Positions 27,270 to 43,106 of a DNA stretch of 64,000 bases are shown piece by piece. The notes beneath the pieces are model-generated. The model saw only the letters and a list, made by a program, of their open reading frames with translations, was not told where the DNA came from and did no database searches. The first letter of the stretch is position 1, and each line of letters starts with the position of its first letter. Source of the DNA: an archaeon (GTDB lineage Archaea > Thermoplasmatota > Thermoplasmata > JAJSAE01); NCBI GenBank assembly GCA_024281315.1, contig JAJSAE010000075.1:4222-68221 (forward strand), given 5' to 3'. The position numbers and the translations under genes are program-made.

Positions 27270-28619
27270 TTAAACGACCCTCTTTTTCACAACTTTCTTG
27301 ACGGCTATCGGAGGCTTGACCACCTTCTTTTCCTTCTCTTTCTCCTTCTCGCCGCCTTTCAGTTCGAAACCGCAGGCGTAGCATATCTCCGCATCCTTGC
27401 TGATCATTGTTCCGCAGTTGGGGCACGGCATCTCGTCGGATTCCTCTTCGCCGCCCGCTTCTTCTTCGGAAGCGCCGCCTTTCAGTTCGAAACCGCAGGC
27501 ATAGCATATCTCCGCATCCTTGCTGATCATTGTTCCGCAGTTGGGGCACGGCATCTCGTCTGATTCCTCCTCGGATGTCTCCGGCTCGGGGGATGTCTCT
27601 TCAGCGGCCTCCTCCTTTGCCTCTTCCTCTCCACCCTTGAGGTTGTATCCGCAGGCGTAGCATATCTCCGCATCCTTACTCACGATTGTTCCGCAGTTTG
27701 GACAGGGCATCTCGTCTGATTCCTCTTCGGATGTCTCCGGTTCGGGGGGTGCCTCTTCAGCGGCCCCCTCCGGGGCCTCTTTTTCGGCTTCCTCTTCAGC
27801 TTTCTCTTCTTCGGGTGCCGCCTCGGGTTCCGGTTCGGGGACACTGACCTCTTTAACCTCAACCTCTGGGATATCGATGGAAGGGGCCTCTACGGGCTCC
27901 ATATCAGGAAGTTCCACGGCCTGAACCTCTCCCTTCAGCGACTCCTCATGGGCAAGAACCTGCTTCTCCTTCTCAAGGAGTTCCTTCTCGTCGGTCACTA
28001 GTTTTTCTCTGGCCGCCGTAAGTTTCTCCTCCTCTTCGAGGATGACCCTTTCGTGGGAAACAAGTTCCTCCTGCTTTGTTTTCAGGGAATTGAGCAGTTC
28101 CGCAAGCTCCTCGTTCATGCGGGATATTGCCTCCATTCTTTCGAGGATACCCTTTCTTTTCTCGGAGATCTCTTTCTCCATAAAGACCACGGATTCCATT
28201 CTGGTGCCGATCTCCTCTTCTCTCTGAATAATCGCCTTCTCTCTTCCCATGAGCGCCTTTTCTCTCTCCACCACGGAGTTTTCCTTGGCGGCTACTGCTT
28301 CTTTCATGGAATTGATGCCTTTTAACTTTGAGTTTAACTCTTCCACCTTGGAGTCGATTTCGGCCTTTTTCTCTTCTAGAATCTTCTTTGCCTCGTCAAT
28401 CTCCTCCATCTTGCTGCGGTACTCGCTCTCGAGAGTTTCGGCCCTCTTCTCCTTTTCCGCAACAGATTGCTCTCTCGACTCCAGTTCGGCCTTCCTCTCG
28501 CGGAGTTCCGCCTCTGCACGAGCAATCTCTTCCTTCTTTTCCTTGACCTCTCGCTCCTGTTCTTTAAGGGATTCCAGCTGCTTTTGCATCTGGTCCCAGA
28601 ATGATTCGCCTTCTGCCAT
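27270..28619 (-). CDS. coiled-coil protein with three tandem C-terminal Zn-ribbon modules and KK-rich tail
   Basis: 449 aa. The N-terminal ~280 aa are E/K/L-rich coiled coil. Three repeats of DEMPCPNCGT(I/M)(V/I)SKDAEICYACG(Y/F)(N/E)LKGG, then KEKEKEKKVVKPPIAVKKVVKKRVV. Confidence 0.6.
   Translation of the reverse strand: MAEGESFWDQMQKQLESLKEQEREVKEKKEEIARAEAELRERKAELESREQSVAEKEKRAETLESEYRSKMEEIDEAKKILEEKKAEIDSKVEELNSKLKGINSMKEAVAAKENSVVEREKALMGREKAIIQREEEIGTRMESVVFMEKEISEKRKGILERMEAISRMNEELAELLNSLKTKQEELVSHERVILEEEEKLTAAREKLVTDEKELLEKEKQVLAHEESLKGEVQAVELPDMEPVEAPSIDIPEVEVKEVSVPEPEPEAAPEEEKAEEEAEKEAPEGAAEEAPPEPETSEEESDEMPCPNCGTIVSKDAEICYACGYNLKGGEEEAKEEAAEETSPEPETSEEESDEMPCPNCGTMISKDAEICYACGFELKGGASEEEAGGEEESDEMPCPNCGTMISKDAEICYACGFELKGGEKEKEKEKKVVKPPIAVKKVVKKRVV
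27349..27790. repeat. three tandem ~120-145-nt direct repeats encoding the Zn-ribbon modules
   Basis: Copies 1 and 2 (about 27349-27470 and 27472-27600) are nearly identical over more than 100 nt (gccgcctttcagttcgaaaccgcaggc(g/a)tagcatatctccgcatccttgctgatcattgttccgcagttggggcacggcatctcgtc...). Copy 3 is more diverged but shares its 3' segment (catctcgtctgattcct...ggatgtctccgg.tcggggg) with copy 2. Confidence 0.8.
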
Positions 28620-28741
28620 TTTTCAATCCCCCTTAAGGTATCTCTTCTTTATTCTATCTCGTATTCTGTCTTATTCGCCGTTCGGTGCCTGTTTCCTATA
28701 CAGTGTAATGTCATGATATTATTAAACACTTTTGTTCGCCT

Positions 28742-29440
28742 CTACTCGAATATCGGGCCGAGGACCCTTATGCCCCCCTTGCCCACCTCTATTGCGTGCT
28801 TCTCCATGCTGTGCTGGGATGCCCTCATCTTCTCCACCTGAAGATATCTGGTGAGTTTTCCCCTGCTCCTGTCAAGCCCCAGAAGAATTATGCCGTCCAC
28901 AAGGAAGCCCTCGTTTCCGAGGAGTTGGGACGGTTCTCCGGGAATTCTCTCCATTATCACAAAGGAATAAAGGTTGTTTTCTCTCAGCATCTTGAAGAAG
29001 TAGAACATCTTCTTTCTCATGTCCTCTTCATGCTCCATTAGAGAGTAAATGGCGCCGAGAGAATCGAGTGCGAATATGGAGAACTGGTCCTTCTTTTTCT
29101 TCTTGAAGTGAACAATCATCTTCTCTATGAACTGAAGATAATCCGTGCCCTCGTCGTCAACCACGGCATCAATGTCTCTCAGGTCGGTAAAGTCCGATAT
29201 CTGCATGTTTCGGGTGAGTTTTACCCCGAGGCTCTTCATGTTCGTGAGGTGGCTGTCCACTGTTTCTTCGAGGGTGGTATACAGGCCGAACTCTCCGGTC
29301 GCATCCAGATACCTGGACATGAGCGTATACACGAAACTGGTCTTCATGGAGCCGGGGGGGCCTGTAATCAGGATAACCTTCGGTTTGCCGATATCCGTTT
29401 TGAATATCTTGTCGAGTCCTTCTATGGAATTCTTGAACAT
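28742..29440 (-). CDS. KaiC-like/RecA-superfamily ATPase (short, single domain)
   Basis: 232 aa. Walker A ILITGPPGSMKTSF, Walker B-like SIFALDSLG. KaiC-like profile. Confidence 0.7.
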   Translation of the reverse strand: MFKNSIEGLDKIFKTDIGKPKVILITGPPGSMKTSFVYTLMSRYLDATGEFGLYTTLEETVDSHLTNMKSLGVKLTRNMQISDFTDLRDIDAVVDDEGTDYLQFIEKMIVHFKKKKKDQFSIFALDSLGAIYSLMEHEEDMRKKMFYFFKMLRENNLYSFVIMERIPGEPSQLLGNEGFLVDGIILLGLDRSRGKLTRYLQVEKMRASQHSMEKHAIEVGKGGIRVLGPIFE

Positions 29441-29487
29441 TTTAGTCCTCCTCTGTCAGAATTTCGTTCCCTTAATGGCACAGAGGT

Positions 29488-32002
29488 TTATAAACCTTGC
29501 CCGCCAGCCGCCTCCGGTTCGTTCTCTGTCTTGACCTCATCTTCATCCGCTTTTTCGGCCAGTCTGGCCACAGCGCTTACCTTGTCGCCGCTTCTGAGCC
29601 TCATTATCCTTACGCCCTGCGTTGCTCTGCCCATGACCCGCAGGTCCGCAACCGACATTCTTATTATCATTCCTTCTTTGCTGGTGACTATAAGTTCGTC
29701 GCTGGGGGTGACCTCCAGAACAGCTTTGACCGGTCCGTTCCTCTCGTTCACCTTTATCGTGATAACGCCCTGAGAGCCGCGGTGCGTCCTCCTGTAATCC
29801 CTCACCCACGATAGTTTTCCATAGCCGTTTTCAGTAATTGTGAGAAGTATGGACGAATCATTACCGGTGGATGTGCTGACCACCTCGTCGTCTTTGCGCA
29901 GTCGTATTCCTATGACTCCGTGAGAATTCCTGCCCATTGGCCTCATTTCGCTCTCGTGGAATCTCGCGGCCTTTCCGTACTTTGTGGCTATAAGAACATC
30001 CCGGTCTCCGTCGGTAATTCTGGTGTCTATGAGTTCGTCGTCATCCCAGAGCGCAATAGCGATAATGCCCGTGGTTCTCGGTCTTGAATACGCCTCTAAT
30101 GGAGTCTTCTTCACTCTCCCTTTCTTCGTGGTGAAGAGCAGGAACCTGTCTCCGGTGAATTCTCTGACATGGATTGTGTTGACTATGGCCTCCCCCTTCT
30201 CCAACCTCGGCAGAAGATTCACTATGGGACGACCTTTGGCGTGCCTCCCAGCTTCCGGAATTCTGTAGGCTTTTAGCCAGTACACCCTTCCGCGGTTGCT
30301 GAAGAACATGATGTAACTGTGCGATGAGGTAACGAACATATCCACCACATCGTCCTCCTCCTTGGTTGTCATTCCCTTGAGCCCGACTCCGCCCCTTCTC
30401 TGCTGGTGGTAGGTGTCCACTGGCATCCTTTTTATATAGCCGGTTCGGGTGATGGTGATTACCACATCCTCCTCCGGTATCAGGTCTTCAATATCCATAT
30501 CTATCTCCTGATCAACAATATCCGTCTTCCTTCCGTCGCCGAACTTTTCTTTGAGGGCAATCAGGTCCTCCTTTATCATGGCCAGAATCCTCTCTTCCGT
30601 TGCGAGTATGTCCTTATAATCCTCTATCTTTTTCTGAACCTCGTCGTACTCCGCCTTGACAGCCTCCCTCTCCATGCCAGTGAGCTTCTGCAAGCGCATG
30701 TCGAGGATTGCCTTGGCCTGAACCTCTTTCAGGAGGAAGCGGGAGATAAGCGCAAGTTTTGCTTCGTCCACCGTCTTCGCCTTTCTTATGAGCCTTATGA
30801 CCTCGTCCAGATTGTCAAGTGCAATGAGGATACCGTCAAGTATGACAGCCCTGTCCTCCGCTTTTCTGAGAAGATACTGCGTCCTTCTGGTGATAACATC
30901 CTTCCTGTGCTCTATGTAGTGATGAATGAGAGATTTGAGGGGGAGTGTCTTCGGCTCGTTATTCACAAGGGCAAGATTGTTTATTCCGAATGTGGTCTCC
31001 AGCTGGGTGTGGGCGAATAGCTGATTCAGAACAATCTCCTCCATGACATCCTTCCTCAGTTCGATAACAATCCTCATGCCGGAGCGGTCCGATTCGTCCC
31101 GCAGGTCGGTTATTCCGTCTATCACCCTATCCCTCACCAATTTCGCAATGGCCTCCATGAGATTGGACTTGTTCACCATGTACGGTATTTCATTAACGAT
31201 AATTCTCCGCTTCCCGTTCTTCAACTCCTCTATATTCGTCTTTGCCCGAACCTTTATCGTGCCCCTGCCAGTGCTGTATGCGCGAAGTATGCCGCTTCTT
31301 CCATATATTGTTCCCACGGTGGGGAAATCCGGTCCGTTTATCACGGACATAAGGTCCAGAAGAGGAATTTCCGGGTCGTCAATCTGCATGATTATGGCAT
31401 CCACGACCTCGCTGAGGTTGTGCGGGGCCATGTTTGTGGCCATTCCAACCGCTATACCCGACGAGCCGTTCACAAGAAGATTGGGGAGGACAGCGGGGAG
31501 AACCGTAGGCTCCTTCAAACTGCCGTCGAAGTTGTCCACAAAATCCACGGTATCTTTGTCTATATCCTCCAGCATGGTGGCCGCAATCTTACCCAGCCTG
31601 CACTCGGTATATCTCATGGCCGCAGCCCTGTCACCGTCCACCGAGCCAAAGTTTCCCTGCCCGTCAACAAGCGTGTACCTGAGAGAAAACGGCTGAGCCA
31701 TCCTCACAAGGGAGTCATAGACCGCACTGTCACCGTGGGGGTGGTACTTACCGAGAACCTCTCCCACAACCCTTGCTGACTTCTTGTACGGCCTGCTGTG
31801 TATGAGGCCCATGTCGTTCATGGCGTAAAGGATTCTCCTGTGAACAGGTTTCAGGCCGTCCCTCACATCGGGCAGAGCGCGGCCAACAATGACGCTCATG
31901 GCGTAGTCTATGTAGGCCTTCTTCATCTCGTGCTCCACCGGCTCGTTAAGTATCGTCTCGCCGGAGGGGGCGGTCTGGTCCGTGTTATCATCGTCTGGCA
32001 TA

Positions 32003-32028
<26 letters not shown>
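29488..32028 (-). CDS. gyrA: DNA gyrase subunit A
   Basis: 846 aa. [44 protein letters not shown] and the AAMRYTE catalytic Tyr region, plus C-terminal beta-pinwheel repeats. The true start may be an internal Met (MIDM/MPDD), which would reduce the overlap with the RM gene. Confidence 0.95.
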
Positions 32029-37580
<5,552 letters not shown>

Positions 37581-38237
37581 ATGGCCAAGAGACGAACTAA
37601 CAGAAGCAAAAAGAAGGAAGAAGAACCGGCAGGTATGTCGCCGCAGGTTATAAACGCACTCATTGCCACTATTATTGTGGTTATAATTCTGGTTACCGCC
37701 CTGAACTTTCATCTGTTCGACGGTTCTCCTTCCGGTGGTGATAGTTCTACCAATCCGGCAGCAAATCCGGCCGTCAATTACGGTATAAAAGTGGGGGATT
37801 ACGCCCCTGATTTTACGGTAACCGAGGTCGGAGGGATGACATTCAAACTCTCCAATTATCGCGGGAATGTGGTAATTCTTGATTTAATGGCCACATGGTG
37901 CACCCCCTGCGGTCAGGAGATGCAGTACCTCAACGATATCTACTACTCATACACCGGTGTCACCATAATCTCGGTGGACATAGAAAGCAGCGATACGAAT
38001 GATGTTCTGGCACAGTACAAGGCGAACCATCAGGCGAACTGGGCCTTCGCTCTGGACAAAAGAGATGCGGTTACCGCAGGAGGAACAGGCGACAACAGCC
38101 TCGGAATAACATATCAGGCCTACAGCATCCCCTCTCTTTACATAATCGACCAGAACGGAAAGATTGCCTACCAGAACACAGGGGTCACGGACTCCCAGAC
38201 GCTCGGCTCCATAATTCAGCAGTTACAGTCCTCGTGA
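37581..38237 (+). CDS. membrane-anchored thioredoxin-like thiol:disulfide oxidoreductase (TlpA/ResA-like)
   Basis: 218 aa. N-terminal TM anchor, DFTVTEV...YRGNVVILDLMATWCTPCGQE with the WCxPC active site. Confidence 0.75.
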   Translation: MAKRRTNRSKKKEEEPAGMSPQVINALIATIIVVIILVTALNFHLFDGSPSGGDSSTNPAANPAVNYGIKVGDYAPDFTVTEVGGMTFKLSNYRGNVVILDLMATWCTPCGQEMQYLNDIYYSYTGVTIISVDIESSDTNDVLAQYKANHQANWAFALDKRDAVTAGGTGDNSLGITYQAYSIPSLYIIDQNGKIAYQNTGVTDSQTLGSIIQQLQSS

Positions 38238-38246
38238 GGTGAGATA

Positions 38247-38930
38247 ATGGACTTGAGCATGGTTACATTTGCATTCATGGCCGGCCTTTTTGCGTTTCTG
38301 GCCCCCTGCAGCTTTCCCATGCTTCCCTCATATGTGGCCTACTTTCTCGGTTTTGATGAGGAAAAAGAGGAGAATGAGGAGAAGGGGGTCATCCGAAGCG
38401 GGCTCACCGGCCTCTATTTCGGCTCTCTTACCACACTCGGTTTTCTTGTTTTCTTTGCTCTTATAGGATTCCTGCTCCTCCCGGTCTCCCCGCTCATACG
38501 GACGAATCTGGCCGTGGTTTCCGGTCTTGTGGCCTCCGCCCTCGTAATTCTCGGCCTGCTGATGCTCGCCGGAAAGGACCCCTACATGACGCTTCCCGTA
38601 AAGGCTCCGGAGAAGAGAGGGGCGATTAACTTCTTCCTGTTCGGTATCCTGTATGCAGCGGCATCGCTCGGCTGTTCGCTTCCCATGTTCATATCGGTCG
38701 TTCTTGCGGCCTTCAATCTCGGCGGTGCTGGGGGGAGCTTGTTCATTCTGACAGTCTATGCCGCAGGAATGGGGTCGCTGATGATTCCAATTGCTGTTGC
38801 CACATCCGTATCTAAAGATGTGCTGATAGAGAAATTGAGGGCGAATGTCGGGCTTATAAAGAAGATTGGAGCGGTCATCCTCATACTAATGGGAATATAC
38901 ATCTTTCTTCTCGATGTCCTTCACCTGTGA
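38247..38930 (+). CDS. ccdA: CcdA/DsbD-family transmembrane thiol-disulfide electron transporter
   Basis: 227 aa and polytopic. FLAPCSFPMLPSYV and a second Cys in AAASLGCSLPMF. Confidence 0.7.
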   Translation: MDLSMVTFAFMAGLFAFLAPCSFPMLPSYVAYFLGFDEEKEENEEKGVIRSGLTGLYFGSLTTLGFLVFFALIGFLLLPVSPLIRTNLAVVSGLVASALVILGLLMLAGKDPYMTLPVKAPEKRGAINFFLFGILYAAASLGCSLPMFISVVLAAFNLGGAGGSLFILTVYAAGMGSLMIPIAVATSVSKDVLIEKLRANVGLIKKIGAVILILMGIYIFLLDVLHL

Positions 38931-39111
38931 AATGCGTGTTGAGTATGTTATTTTTTGCCGGTTTAAGTACATAGCCTTCTTTCTTTAAACTTTGATGAAA
39001 TAAATTTGTCTCTTACAGAAGGGCGGCGTGAGGAGGAAGTTTTATTAACCGGCCCCTCATTACCGTCTCGGAGGCGAATCATATTTCACTCATTAATCAC
39101 GATCAAGAGGG

Positions 39112-39822
39112 ATGAAAATGCTCAGAGAATGCTCGGAACATGGATATTTCAGAGGAGAGGTCTGTCCTATCTGCGGACAGGAAGGTCGCTTCCTCATGAA
39201 CGACCACGAGATGGAAAGCCTTGGAAAAACACTGGCAGGTGCCCTTAGACACTTTCCCAGCCGGTTCAATCTGGATATGGACAGACACGGATGGGTCAGT
39301 CTTACGGACTTTGTCAGGAATCTCACCAGAAAACAGAGACGCTTTAAGTGGGTGAGGGCCTATCACATCACCGCACTGATAGAGACAGATCCGAAGGGAC
39401 GATATCAGGAATTGAACGGAAGGATACGGGCGACATACGGCCATTCCATAGACCTTGACCTTGACCTCCCCACGGATGATATTCCGGAAAAACTCTACTT
39501 TCCCACGGATGAGGGGGAGATTGACGATATACTGGAGGGGGGCATCACCCGTCAGGACCGGAAAATGGTGCATCTCAGCGGAACATATGAGGCTGCAGTG
39601 GCTGCAGGAAGGGTTAGGACACGGGATCCGATAATACTGGAAGTGGATGCAGAAGGGGCCGTAGAAAGCGGCATAATCATAATGCGTGCGGGAAAGTTTG
39701 TCTATATCACCGATGCCATTCCCCCCGAATTTCTTGCAATTATAAAGAAGAACGCGGAAGAAGGGGTTGAAGAGGCGGGAAAGGAAGAAATGCCGGAGCA
39801 TGAGCCAGAGATTGAGGATTAG
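39112..39822 (+). CDS. kptA: RNA 2'-phosphotransferase (Tpt1/KptA family) with N-terminal Zn-ribbon
   Basis: 236 aa. CSEHGYFRGEVCPICG ribbon, LAGALRHFPSRF...DRHGWVSL, RATYGHSI, KMVHLSG, IILEVDA. Confidence 0.75.
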   Translation: MKMLRECSEHGYFRGEVCPICGQEGRFLMNDHEMESLGKTLAGALRHFPSRFNLDMDRHGWVSLTDFVRNLTRKQRRFKWVRAYHITALIETDPKGRYQELNGRIRATYGHSIDLDLDLPTDDIPEKLYFPTDEGEIDDILEGGITRQDRKMVHLSGTYEAAVAAGRVRTRDPIILEVDAEGAVESGIIIMRAGKFVYITDAIPPEFLAIIKKNAEEGVEEAGKEEMPEHEPEIED

Positions 39823-39827
39823 GGAAG

Positions 39828-40922
39828 ATGCCTGAAGTCGGAGAGGCCGCTGAAATCCTGAAGGATCTTGTAACTATTTCCAGTGATAGCGATAAGGCAC
39901 ATGAGGACATGGGCCGGATAATTTCCTATGTTTACGAGTTCCTGAAAAGACTCGGATGCAGCCTGACAACAGCCGGTGGGAAAAGCAGACCTGCACTGCT
40001 GGCCAGATGCGGAGACGGAGCAGAGAAGAGAATCCTGTTCTCCGGTCATCTTGACACAGTTCCTGTTGGTATGGGCTGGACAAAAGAGCAGAGCGAAATA
40101 GAAGAAGGCGTAATGTACGGCCGGGGCACCTCGGATATGAAAGGTGGGTGTGCGGCCATACTCATTGCGGCGAAGCGGCTGTGTTCCGATGGAATTCCCT
40201 TTAGCATTATTTTCACAACCGACGAGGAGACCACTATGAAAGGTGCGAAGGCTCTAGCAGAAGCGGTTCGGGAGAGCAGGGCGGTTCTTATTGCCGAACC
40301 GACGAATTTTGATGTTGTATTCCGAGAAAAAGGTGTTTATCAGTTCTCCATTACCACGAAAGGAAAATCAGCACATGCAAGCCTGCCGTGGCTCGGAAAC
40401 AATTCCATAATAAAGATGGGAACCGCCCTTACCGCCCTTAAACAGGAGCCAGTCGGTGAAAATGATGTTGCGGACAGGCTTACCATTAATCCGGATGTCA
40501 TATCCGGTGGTACGAAGGTCAATGTGATTCCGGACGAGACCTATCTGGAAGTGGATACAAGATTTCCACCATCCATGAGAAAAAGCGATGTGGAACGGGA
40601 AATAAGGAGAAGGCTGGAAAACGCAGGATTGACCGGGTCTGATTATGAGATAAAAGAGATGCACCATCTCCCGCCTGTGGAGGTTAATCCCGGAAAAGAG
40701 GAAATAAAGACCATGCTAGCCCTGTCTGGAGGAAGGCTCATCAGTGTCCCGTATGCAACGGAGATGGTGATGTTCCGTCCTTATAACGAGAAAGTCATGG
40801 TATGCGGGCCCGGTGAGCCGAAAGAGGCACATGTGATCGATGAGAAGATAAGGATTGCAGATGTGGAACGGGCGGCGGAGATGTATTATGAGTATGCCCG
40901 GGCGCTCACCTTAAACCAATAA
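39828..40922 (+). CDS. M20-family metallopeptidase/deacylase (ArgE/DapE-like)
   Basis: 364 aa. SGHLDTVPV and GRGTSDMKGG metal-ligand motifs. Confidence 0.75.
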   Translation: MPEVGEAAEILKDLVTISSDSDKAHEDMGRIISYVYEFLKRLGCSLTTAGGKSRPALLARCGDGAEKRILFSGHLDTVPVGMGWTKEQSEIEEGVMYGRGTSDMKGGCAAILIAAKRLCSDGIPFSIIFTTDEETTMKGAKALAEAVRESRAVLIAEPTNFDVVFREKGVYQFSITTKGKSAHASLPWLGNNSIIKMGTALTALKQEPVGENDVADRLTINPDVISGGTKVNVIPDETYLEVDTRFPPSMRKSDVEREIRRRLENAGLTGSDYEIKEMHHLPPVEVNPGKEEIKTMLALSGGRLISVPYATEMVMFRPYNEKVMVCGPGEPKEAHVIDEKIRIADVERAAEMYYEYARALTLNQ

Positions 40923-40957
40923 TCCAGAAGGTCAGGAAAATATGGAATAAAAGGGGT

Positions 40958-42250
40958 TTACGGGTATATTCTGTTCCTCAGCCTCGGAAATCCGATGGCA
41001 TCCTTTATGTGGTCAAGGCCGAGTATCCACCGAACCACTCTTTCCACACCCATTCCGAAGCCAGAGTGCGGAACAGAACCGTATTTTCTCAGATCCATGT
41101 ACCACTCGTAATTGGCAGGGTCCTCCCCGTCTCTGATGAGTTTTTCCTTCAGTACTTCAATACTGGTCTCCCTCTCGCTCCCTCCGATTATCTCGCCGTA
41201 GCCGTTGGTGGCCAGCAGGTCGAAGCATAGGGATTTTCCCAGGTCCTCCGGGTCCGTGGGCTTGTAAAAGGCCATTATCTCTTCCGGGTAGTGCGTCACG
41301 AATACCGGTTTGTCGAACATCTTCGAGAGCTTTTCCTCCTCCAGCGTCCTCAGATCCTTGCCGTACGGAACATCCATGCCCGTATCCTTCAGCATCTTCA
41401 GAGCATCGTCGTACTTCACCCTCGGGAAGGGAGGTGTGATTTTCAGAAGGTCTTCGGGGCTTGCGCCGAATATTTCTAATTCCGGTGCGTTCTTTTCGGC
41501 CACTGTTTTACAGATGAATGAAATCAGTCCCTCCGCTTCTTTCAAAACATCGTCTAGATGTGCCCATGCAACCTCCATCTCCGCATGCCAGTACTCCGTG
41601 AGATGCCTTGATGTCTTGGACGGTTCGGCCCTGAAACTCGGGGCGATATCGTATATCTTTTCAAGTGAGAATATGGCCGCCTCTGCATACAACTGCCAGC
41701 TCTGAGTAAGGTAGGCTTTCCTGTCAAAGTACTTCACCTCGAACTGGGTGGAGCCGCCCTCGCAGTTGGAGCCGGTGAGTGTGGGGGCCTGAAACTCGTA
41801 ATAACCTCTTGACCGGAAGAACTCGTCCACCGCACCGAATACAGTGGAGCGTACTTTCAACATGGCAGTCATCTCTCTGGAACGGATCCACAGGTGCCTG
41901 TAATCCATCAGTAGTTCCTCGCTTTGGTTCTCCGTTATGGGGAACGGCTCCGCAAAAGATACCACATGGAAACCGCTGGCCCGTATCTCGATTCCACCGG
42001 GTGCTCGCTTGTCCTCTGCTATTTCCCCCTCTATTTCGACGGATGATTCGATAAGAGCCTTTCTTGCATCATTGAACTGGTTCTCCGGCAGATTGCCCTT
42101 CTTGACAGTAACCTGAACGGTTCCGCTGGAGTCACGCAGCACGATAAACGCAATGCCTCCGCTGCTCCTTGTCCTGTATATCCATCCTCGCACTCGCACG
42201 ATTTCGCCAATCCGGTCTTCCTTGAAGAGCTCTTCGATAGCCGTGAACAT
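40958..42250 (-). CDS. asnS: asparaginyl-tRNA synthetase (class IIb); AspRS not fully excluded
   Basis: 430 aa. N-terminal OB fold (VRVRGWIYRTRSSGGIAFIVLRD), motif 2 PSFRAEPSKTSRHLTEYWHAEMEVAW (AsnRS-like TRHLAEFW pattern), motif 3 GFGMGVERVVRWI. Confidence 0.7.
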   Translation of the reverse strand: MFTAIEELFKEDRIGEIVRVRGWIYRTRSSGGIAFIVLRDSSGTVQVTVKKGNLPENQFNDARKALIESSVEIEGEIAEDKRAPGGIEIRASGFHVVSFAEPFPITENQSEELLMDYRHLWIRSREMTAMLKVRSTVFGAVDEFFRSRGYYEFQAPTLTGSNCEGGSTQFEVKYFDRKAYLTQSWQLYAEAAIFSLEKIYDIAPSFRAEPSKTSRHLTEYWHAEMEVAWAHLDDVLKEAEGLISFICKTVAEKNAPELEIFGASPEDLLKITPPFPRVKYDDALKMLKDTGMDVPYGKDLRTLEEEKLSKMFDKPVFVTHYPEEIMAFYKPTDPEDLGKSLCFDLLATNGYGEIIGGSERETSIEVLKEKLIRDGEDPANYEWYMDLRKYGSVPHSGFGMGVERVVRWILGLDHIKDAIGFPRLRNRIYP

Positions 42251-42311
42251 GATGCGGAGAATATAGCAGGTGTAAATAACCTTTATGTATTGAAAGGTCT
42301 ATACGCTGACG

Positions 42312-43106
42312 ATGGCAGACGAGCAGAAGGTTCGCGAAACGCGTTCATGGCTGAAGGGATACGACAAGGGAATGAGAGATGCATGGGAGGCCATGCGAAA
42401 ACTCACCCGTCGCGGCCTTACCCCGGCAGAGCTTAAAATCATGCTGGACAGTGAGGTTCAGAACATCCCCCGTGCCGTGGATGAGCGGAAAAAGGCCTTC
42501 GAAAAGGCTCTGGGTGTCTCCCTTGACGAGGAGAAAAAGAGCGCATTTCGGGAGATTCCCGAGATGGAGGCCGGCCAGAGTTATCTCGTTAGAGAGGATA
42601 GGCCAAGCATCAGTTTCGAACTGTTCAAGCAGCTTATTAAGGAAGGAAACCCGCCACTCTGCATTGTAAGGACCCCTCCAAAGACGACGCGCGAGAGATA
42701 CACTATCCCCGAGGACATCAGAATTCTCTGGCTCACCAAGTCTGAGAACCCGCATAGAAAGAGCAGTTCTGGAATACTCACAGCAACCCTTGGAATCGGC
42801 GCAATGGATGCGGACAGCGGGGGGGAGGACAATACCTATCTTTCCCCTACCAACCTATCGACCATATTGTCCATTATCGTGGATTTTCTGGAGGGGGCTG
42901 GGGACGGAAAGAATCCCGTTCTCCTGCTTGAGGGCGTCGAGTACCTGATAACCCAGAACGAGTTCAAGAGTGTTCTTCGTTTCCTGCAGAACATAAACGA
43001 AAAGATTGCCATGCGGGATGCCTACTTCATCGTGCCCATAACAGAGGGGGCGCTCGAGCAGAAGCAGTTTAAATTGATAGAGAAGGAGATGAGCGTGGTC
43101 ATCTAG
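42312..43106 (+). CDS. DUF835-like protein (possible KaiC-derived, ATPase-motif-less domain)
   Basis: 264 aa. C-terminal [59 protein letters not shown] resembles DUF835. There is no Walker A. Confidence 0.4.
   Translation: MADEQKVRETRSWLKGYDKGMRDAWEAMRKLTRRGLTPAELKIMLDSEVQNIPRAVDERKKAFEKALGVSLDEEKKSAFREIPEMEAGQSYLVREDRPSISFELFKQLIKEGNPPLCIVRTPPKTTRERYTIPEDIRILWLTKSENPHRKSSSGILTATLGIGAMDADSGGEDNTYLSPTNLSTILSIIVDFLEGAGDGKNPVLLLEGVEYLITQNEFKSVLRFLQNINEKIAMRDAYFIVPITEGALEQKQFKLIEKEMSVVI

Noticed and set aside
27262-27549. 95-aa arginine-rich minus-strand ORF with internal repeats
   Set aside because: It is an alternative frame of the tandem DNA repeats inside the Zn-ribbon gene. The repetition comes from the DNA repeat, not from selection.
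38931-39111. 181-nt intergenic region with a GC-rich segment (gggcggcgtgaggagg...cggaggcgaatc) considered as a possible small RNA or tRNA fragment
   Set aside because: It has no cloverleaf-compatible stems and no conserved T-loop. It is more likely the kptA 5' region or promoter.
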